DNA of 64,000 nucleotides from Pseudomonadota bacterium (lineage in GTDB: Bacteria > Pseudomonadota > Gammaproteobacteria > Burkholderiales > Burkholderiaceae_D): contig JAZKFW010000084.1 in assembly GCA_040386255.1 (NCBI GenBank), positions 7,295 through 71,294 on the forward strand, in the 5' to 3' direction. The stretch's first letter is position 1. Every line of letters starts with the position of its first letter. The notes under the pieces are model-generated. The model searched no databases, was not told the DNA's origin, and worked only from the letters and a program-made list of their open reading frames with translations. Shown one piece after another: positions 59,152 to 64,000 of the stretch. Position numbers and translations under genes: made by a program.

Positions 59152-59177
59152 CTTGCACTACCTGGCAGCTGTTTGAC

Positions 59178-59208
59178 AAAGAAGCGGGTCGCGTACCCGC
59201 TTCTTTTG
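59178..59208 (+). terminator. Intrinsic terminator after the binding-protein gene
   Basis: AAA-GAAGCGGGT-CGCGT-ACCCGCTTC-TTTTG. A 9-bp stem plus A:T extension. Confidence 0.6.
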
Positions 59209-59271
59209 TAATTGCGCGGCAATGTGGTCGGCGCGGCCCGGTTCTCGGGCAGGCGTTTTTCTTTTAGTCTT

Positions 59272-59296
59272 CACCGGTTCGATACCGGTGCTTTTG
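59272..59296 (+). terminator. Second terminator-like hairpin just upstream of the permease gene
   Basis: CACCGGT-TCGAT-ACCGGTG-CTTTTG, 13 nt before ATG 59309. Confidence 0.4.
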
Positions 59297-59308
59297 TACT
59301 GTGATGCC

Positions 59309-60193
59309 ATGGAAATCTTCGGCGTTCCTCTCCAGGCCATGATGAGCCAGCTCCTTCTCGGACTGGTCAACGGCTCGTTCTACGCCATGCTGTCGCTTGG
59401 CCTTGCCGTCATCTTCGGCCTTCTTAACGTAATTAATTTCTCGCACGGCGCGCTGTACATGATGGGCGCGTTCCTCGCCTACATCGGCGTCACCACGTTC
59501 GGCCTGAATTACTGGGCGATGCTGGTGATCGCTCCCTTGCTGGTCGGCGCCTTCGGCATCATCGTCGAAAAAACCATGCTGCGCTGGCTCTACAAGCTCG
59601 ACCACCTTTACGGGCTGCTGCTGACGTTCGGCATCACCCTGCTGCTCGAAGGCGTGTTCCGCTCCTTCTTCGGCGTCTCCGGCCAGTCGATCGACGTGCC
59701 CGAGCTGCTCACCGGCGCCACCGACCTCGGCTTCATGGTGCTGCCGAACTACCGCGCCTGGGTCGTCCTCGCCTCGCTCGGCGTGTGCCTGGTTACCTGG
59801 TACGTCATCGAGAAAACCAAGCTCGGCTCCTACCTGCGGGCCGGCACCGAGAACCCGAAGCTGGTGGAAGCGTTCGGCGTCAACGTCCCGCTGATGGTCA
59901 CCCTGACCTACGGCTTCGGCGTCGCGCTGGCCGCGTTCGCCGGCGTACTGGCGGCGCCGATCATCAACGTCACCCCGCTGATGGGCTCGAACCTGATCAT
60001 CGTCGTCTTCGCCGTCGTCGTGATTGGCGGCATGGGTTCGATCATGGGTTCGATCCTCACCGGCCTGGGCCTGGGCATCATCGAAGGCTTCACCCGGGTG
60101 TTCTACCCGGAAGGCTCGGAAGTGGTGGTGTTCGTGGTGATGGTGATCGTCCTGATGATCCGTCCTGCCGGCTTGTTCGGCAAAGAGAAGTAA
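59309..60193 (+). CDS. Branched-chain-amino-acid-type ABC transporter permease (LivH-like)
   Basis: LLLGLVNGSFYAMLSLGLAVIFGLLNVINFSHGALYMMGAF and the following multi-TM body. Confidence 0.85.
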   Translation: MEIFGVPLQAMMSQLLLGLVNGSFYAMLSLGLAVIFGLLNVINFSHGALYMMGAFLAYIGVTTFGLNYWAMLVIAPLLVGAFGIIVEKTMLRWLYKLDHLYGLLLTFGITLLLEGVFRSFFGVSGQSIDVPELLTGATDLGFMVLPNYRAWVVLASLGVCLVTWYVIEKTKLGSYLRAGTENPKLVEAFGVNVPLMVTLTYGFGVALAAFAGVLAAPIINVTPLMGSNLIIVVFAVVVIGGMGSIMGSILTGLGLGIIEGFTRVFYPEGSEVVVFVVMVIVLMIRPAGLFGKEK

Positions 60194-60217
60194 GCGTCAA
60201 TCGAAACGGAGCATTCA

Positions 60218-61201
60218 ATGAACAAAAACATCGGCTATATCATCGCGCTGGCCATTGCGCTGATCGCCCCCTTTGTCGGCTACCCCGTCTTCCTGATGAA
60301 GCTGTTGTGTTTCGGGCTGTTCGCCTGTGCCTTCAACTTGCTGATCGGCTACACCGGCCTGCTGTCGTTCGGCCATGCGGCCTTCTTTGGCACCGCCGGT
60401 TACGTTACCGGCTACGCGCTGGGTACGCTCGGCTTGCCGACCGAACTGGGCATCCTGGCGGGCGTCGTGGCCGGCGCCCTGATCGGCCTGGTCATGGGCA
60501 AGCTGGCGATCCGTCGCCAGGGCATCTACTTCTCGATGATCACGCTGGCGCTGGCGCAGATGGTGTATTTCGTCATGCTGAAGGCGCCGTTCACCCACGG
60601 CGAGGACGGCCTGCAGGGCGTACCGCGCGGTAAGCTGTTCGGCGTCATCGACCTGGCCAACGACGTCACCATGTACTACGTGGTGTTGGCGATCGCCATC
60701 GCAGGCTTCGCGCTGATCGTGCGCACCGTTCATTCGCCGTTCGGCCAGGTGTTGCGGGCGATCAAGGAAAATGAGCCGCGCGCGATTTCGCTCGGCTACG
60801 ACGTCGACAAGTACAAGCTGATGGCATTCGTGCTGTCGGCGGCGCTGGCGGCATTGGCCGGCGGCACCAAGACCGTCGTGCTGGGCTTCGAAACCCTGAC
60901 CAACGTCCACTGGACCATGTCCGGCCTGGTGATCCTGATGACGCTGGTAGGGGGCATGGGCACGCTGGTCGGTCCTATCCTTGGCGCCTTCATCATCATC
61001 ACGCTGGAAAACAAGCTCAGCGACGTTGGCGCCTTCCTGGTGCGCACCACCGGTGTCGAGTGGTTTTCGACGCTGGGCGAATCGGTCGGCATGGTCACCG
61101 GCCTGATCTTCATTGCCTGCGTGCTGCTGTTCCGGCGCGGCATTGTCGGCGAGATCGGCGCGGCGATCGCCGCCGCCAACCGCAAGAAGAAGACTGCCTG
61201 A
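60218..61201 (+). CDS. Branched-chain-amino-acid-type ABC transporter permease (LivM-like)
   Basis: LIGYTGLLSFGHAAFFGTAGY, AIKENEPRAISLGYDVDKYK and a multi-TM body. Confidence 0.85.
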   Translation: MNKNIGYIIALAIALIAPFVGYPVFLMKLLCFGLFACAFNLLIGYTGLLSFGHAAFFGTAGYVTGYALGTLGLPTELGILAGVVAGALIGLVMGKLAIRRQGIYFSMITLALAQMVYFVMLKAPFTHGEDGLQGVPRGKLFGVIDLANDVTMYYVVLAIAIAGFALIVRTVHSPFGQVLRAIKENEPRAISLGYDVDKYKLMAFVLSAALAALAGGTKTVVLGFETLTNVHWTMSGLVILMTLVGGMGTLVGPILGAFIIITLENKLSDVGAFLVRTTGVEWFSTLGESVGMVTGLIFIACVLLFRRGIVGEIGAAIAAANRKKKTA

Positions 61202-61228
61202 CCGCCGCCTTTTTCTGATTGCTACCTG

Positions 61229-61259
61229 AACGCCGCGCTTGAAACGCGGCGTTTTTTTT
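61229..61259 (+). terminator. Intrinsic terminator of the ABC importer operon
   Basis: AACGCCGCG, a 7-nt loop, CGCGGCGTT, within a T8 run. Confidence 0.7.
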
Positions 61260-61302
61260 GGGCGATGACCATCCACACGCAGACGCTGAAGGTAAATGGG
61301 TT

Positions 61303-62352
61303 GGCTATGTGCGCGTTAAGTCGGGGATATTGAACTAGCTCCTATGGCTGAGGTCTGAAACAGATCGATGGCCGTGGGAGTGAGCGTGGGAGTACGCCGA
61401 TTCAAGCAGTTGCTCGAGCAGGCCAAGGGCCTGCCGCCGCACCTGCGCGCGGAACTTGTCGCCGCGCTGACCGGGCTCTCGCGGCTGGCGTCGACCGTGG
61501 CGGTGATCGACGCCGCGCGCGACCCGCACCCCTGCCCGCGCTGCCGCTCGCGGCAGGTGCATCGCGATGGCCGGAAAAACGATCTGCAGCGCTACCGCTG
61601 CCTCCACTGCGGCCGCTCGTTCAACGATCTGAGCGGGACTGCGCTGGCGCGACTGCGTCACAAGGCCAAATGGCTCGCCTATCTCGACTGCGTGCTGCAG
61701 TCGGCCACCGTGCGCCGCGCCGCCACGCAGGTCGGGGTGCACAAGAACACCAGCTTTCGCTGGCGCCACCGCTTCCTGCACGACACCAAGCACGACCGCA
61801 GCGTGCCGCTGACGGGCATCACCGAGGCCGACGAGACCTACCTGCTCGAATCGCAGAAGGGGTCGCGCACCTTGAGCCGGCCGGCGCGCCGGCGCGGTGG
61901 CACCGCCAGGCGGCGCGGCATCTCGCGCGAGCACGACTGCATCCTGGTCGCGCGCGACCGCTCCGGCAAGACGGTCGATTTCGTCACAGGCCGCGCGCCG
62001 CTGCGCCCGGCGCATGTGCATGGCTGCCTGCGACCGGTGGTCGCACCCGATATCGTGCTGGTGACGGACGGCCACGCGGCCTATCGCAGCTTTGCGCGCA
62101 CCGCCCGCATCGCCCACCGCGCCGTCAACCTGGCGGCCGGGGTGCGGGTGGACGGGCCGCTGCACGTGCAGAACGTCAACGCGTATCACAGCCGCTTCAA
62201 GCAGTGGCTGCGCCACTTCAACGGCGTCGCCAGCCGCTACCTGCCGAATTACCTCGGCTGGCGCTGGGCGATCGACGCCAAGCGGATCAGCTCGCCAGAA
62301 GCGCTGCTGAGGTCGGCACTGGGAGCGCCCCCGACGTAACGGTGACATAGCC
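61303..62352 (+). mobile_element. IS1595-family insertion sequence (1050 bp)
   Basis: Imperfect 24-bp terminal inverted repeats: GGCTATGTGCGCGTTAAGTCGGGG (61303-61326) versus the reverse complement of 62329-62352, GGCTATGTCACCGTTACGTCGGGG (20/24 identical). Flanking 8-bp direct repeat AATGGGTT at 61295-61302 and 62353-62360. A single transposase ORF. Confidence 0.85.
61368..62339 (+). CDS. IS1595-family (ISXO2-like) DDE transposase
   Basis: N-terminal zinc ribbon CPRCRSRQVH...YRCLHCGRSF, then ITEADETYL, LVTDGHAAY, NVNAYHSRFKQWL and GVASRYLPNYLGW, typical of ISXO2-like transposases. The stop lies inside the right IR. Confidence 0.9.
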   Translation: MAVGVSVGVRRFKQLLEQAKGLPPHLRAELVAALTGLSRLASTVAVIDAARDPHPCPRCRSRQVHRDGRKNDLQRYRCLHCGRSFNDLSGTALARLRHKAKWLAYLDCVLQSATVRRAATQVGVHKNTSFRWRHRFLHDTKHDRSVPLTGITEADETYLLESQKGSRTLSRPARRRGGTARRRGISREHDCILVARDRSGKTVDFVTGRAPLRPAHVHGCLRPVVAPDIVLVTDGHAAYRSFARTARIAHRAVNLAAGVRVDGPLHVQNVNAYHSRFKQWLRHFNGVASRYLPNYLGWRWAIDAKRISSPEALLRSALGAPPT

Positions 62353-62770
62353 AATGGGTTGGACATGCTGGTCGCCACCGCCGGCGACGGCACGCCGGTG
62401 CTGCTGCTGCACAGGAAGTTGGCCATGCATGCTCCAGGACGGTTTGAGCGGCTCGTGGTGCTGTCCGTCGGGCATCCGAGAGCCTTCGCCACTGCCGGGC
62501 TTGCACGGCGCCTCAGGTCGTTCTACATGGGCTTGTTCCTCGTGCGCGGCCTGGCCGGGCGCATGCTGCCGATAGGCGATTGGTTTTTGATGCGGCAGGC
62601 AACCATCAATCGTGAACTGATTGCCCAATGGCGCGCTGATTTTGCGGCGCCGGGTCGCCTGACTGCGGCTCCACTGGCTGCAACTTGGCGCGCCGGAGCG
62701 CGTCAACGCATTACTGCTCGAGTTTCTGGCGCCGGCGCGTTTGGCTTGATTCTGACGGCTCAGTCCACAG

Positions 62771-63937
62771 CTACAGCGCCGCGGCGTAAATTGCCCGTGC
62801 GTCTGCGCGCGTCAGTTCGCGTGGATTGTTGCCGAGCAGGCGAGTCTGCTTCATCGCGTCGTCGGCCATCCGGTCGAGGTCGGACTCGGTAACCCCGACC
62901 TGGCGAAGGGTCGTCTCGATCCCAGTGACCGTGGCGATTTGCTGCATCGCAGCAATCAGCGCCTCGGCACGCGCTTCCTGGCTGCCTCCCACGTGCGGCG
63001 CGACGATCCCGGCGATTTCGGCATAGTGCTCGACGGCGTCCGGCATGTTGAAGCGCAGCACATGCGGCAGCACCAGCGAATTGGACAGCCCGTGCGGCAC
63101 GTGGAAAATTCCGCCGATCGGGTACGCCAGCGCATGCACCGCCGCCACCGGCGAATTCGAAAATGCCTGGCCGGCAAAGTAAGCGCCTAACAGCATTGCC
63201 TGCCGCGCCTTCAGATTGCGGCCGTTCTGGCACGCGGTCACGAGGTTGGTCGACAACAGCGACAGCGCCTGCCGCGCCAGCATGTCCGACATCGGGTTCT
63301 TCTTGTGCTTGCTGGTGAACGCCTCGATCGCATGCACCATCGCGTCGATGCCGGTTGCCGCGGTAACCAGCGGCGGCAGGCCCAGCGTCAGTTCGGCGTC
63401 GAGCACCGCCAGGTCCGCATACAACTGCGGCGCCACCACGCCCATCTTCGTCGTCTCGCCGGTGGTGACGATGGCGATATTGGTCACCTCCGATCCCGTG
63501 CCAGCGGTGGTCGGCACCTGCACCAGCGGCAGTCGCTCGCCGGTGACGTTGCCGATGCCATAGGCCTGGCTGAGTTCCTGGCCGCTACCGGCCAGCACTG
63601 CGATCAGCTTGGCGACATCCATCGAACTGCCGCCGCCGAAGCCGATGACGATGTCGATCTCGTGCTCGCGTGCGAATTCGACCGCGCTGAGGACGACGTT
63701 TTCCGGCGGATCTGCGACTACATCCGAATAGATCTTCACCGTCAGATTGTGCTTTTCCAGGTCGCGCGCGGGCGCGTCGATGAGGCCGGTGCGCAGGAAC
63801 CCTGGATCGGTGACGATCAGCGCGCGCCGCACCTGCGGGAAGCGAGTACGGATGTGCTGTCCCAGTTGTGCCGCGGCGCCAGGCTGCGAAACCAGATGGG
63901 GAACAGTGCTGAAGGTGAACGGAGCGAAGGTCGTCAT
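62771..63937 (-). CDS. Iron-containing (group III) alcohol dehydrogenase
   Basis: ALIVTDPGF, the GFGGGSSMDVAKLIA (GGGS) motif, and metal-binding His contexts (DAMVHAIEAF, HALAYPIGGIFHVPHG). Confidence 0.85.
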   Translation of the reverse strand: MTTFAPFTFSTVPHLVSQPGAAAQLGQHIRTRFPQVRRALIVTDPGFLRTGLIDAPARDLEKHNLTVKIYSDVVADPPENVVLSAVEFAREHEIDIVIGFGGGSSMDVAKLIAVLAGSGQELSQAYGIGNVTGERLPLVQVPTTAGTGSEVTNIAIVTTGETTKMGVVAPQLYADLAVLDAELTLGLPPLVTAATGIDAMVHAIEAFTSKHKKNPMSDMLARQALSLLSTNLVTACQNGRNLKARQAMLLGAYFAGQAFSNSPVAAVHALAYPIGGIFHVPHGLSNSLVLPHVLRFNMPDAVEHYAEIAGIVAPHVGGSQEARAEALIAAMQQIATVTGIETTLRQVGVTESDLDRMADDAMKQTRLLGNNPRELTRADARAIYAAAL

Positions 63938-64000
63938 GGCAGGGGAGTCGGGCAGTGATCGATGAAGCAAGCTTACACCAACTGCCCGGGACTGAGGGGT

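Larger units (their letters stand above)
61265..62700 (+). pseudogene. Alpha/beta-hydrolase (epoxide-hydrolase-like) pseudogene, split by the IS and internally deleted
   Basis: ATG 61265 gives MTIHTQTLKVNG L|. After removing the IS and one TSD copy it continues in frame as DMLVATAGDGTPVLLLH... The segment between LLLH and PGRFERLVVLSVGHP, which normally carries the nucleophile, is missing. Similarity fades by about 62700 and the frame runs into the convergent ADH gene. Confidence 0.6.

Noticed and set aside
54664-61276. Minus-strand ORFs 54664..55821, 57907..59016 and 60215..61276 opposite the GMC oxidoreductase and ABC importer genes
   Set aside because: All are Arg/Ala/Gly/Asp-rich without motifs, and the plus-strand genes have clear family signatures.
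61335-62492. 385-aa ORF antisense to the IS1595 transposase
   Set aside because: It is a shadow ORF within a GC-rich IS. The transposase motifs and IR geometry support the plus-strand gene.

Overview
This is a 64-kb chromosomal segment from a high-G+C Gram-negative bacterium. The gene set (Oar-like TonB receptors, a DUF6279 lipoprotein, PutA with a separate Lrp-type regulator) looks betaproteobacterial, Burkholderiales/Oxalobacteraceae-like, but that is inference only. I call about 50 protein-coding genes, one IS element, two pseudogene remnants and several intrinsic terminators. I saw no rRNA, tRNA or CRISPR array. Left to right the window holds: two TonB-dependent receptors; small enzymes (VOC, Tat-secreted hydrolase, SnoaL-like, GNAT); a 504-aa membrane protein of unknown function; an orphan T6SS cargo island (vgrG, DUF4123 adaptor, 1008-aa VasX-type membrane toxin, two paralogous 2-TM immunity candidates) whose 3' part is visibly AT-richer; a translationally coupled DUF2760 / Hsp70 / long-Hsp70 operon of unknown function; a MEDS hybrid histidine kinase and a GGDEF cyclase; an oxidoreductase, a stand-alone arsA and a VIT1 transporter; a small accessory islet (nucleotidyltransferase remnant plus Xre/RES toxin-antitoxin) directly downstream of glmS; an Lrp regulator plus an atypical ABC pair separating glmS from glmU; rsmD-coaD-ferredoxin; an MCP; chaB; putA-ald; a 719-bp AT-rich intergenic region with ten DnaA boxes and two DnaA-trio-like modules (candidate oriC); nitronate monooxygenase, a GMC oxidoreductase and a five-gene Liv-type ABC importer; an IS1595-family element with an 8-bp target duplication inside a decayed hydrolase gene; and an iron-type alcohol dehydrogenase. 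Most long ORFs antisense to these genes are high-GC shadow ORFs. The best follow-up targets are the origin-like region, the T6SS toxin/immunity cassette and the paired-Hsp70 operon. All family assignments come from motif recognition by eye; no search was run.
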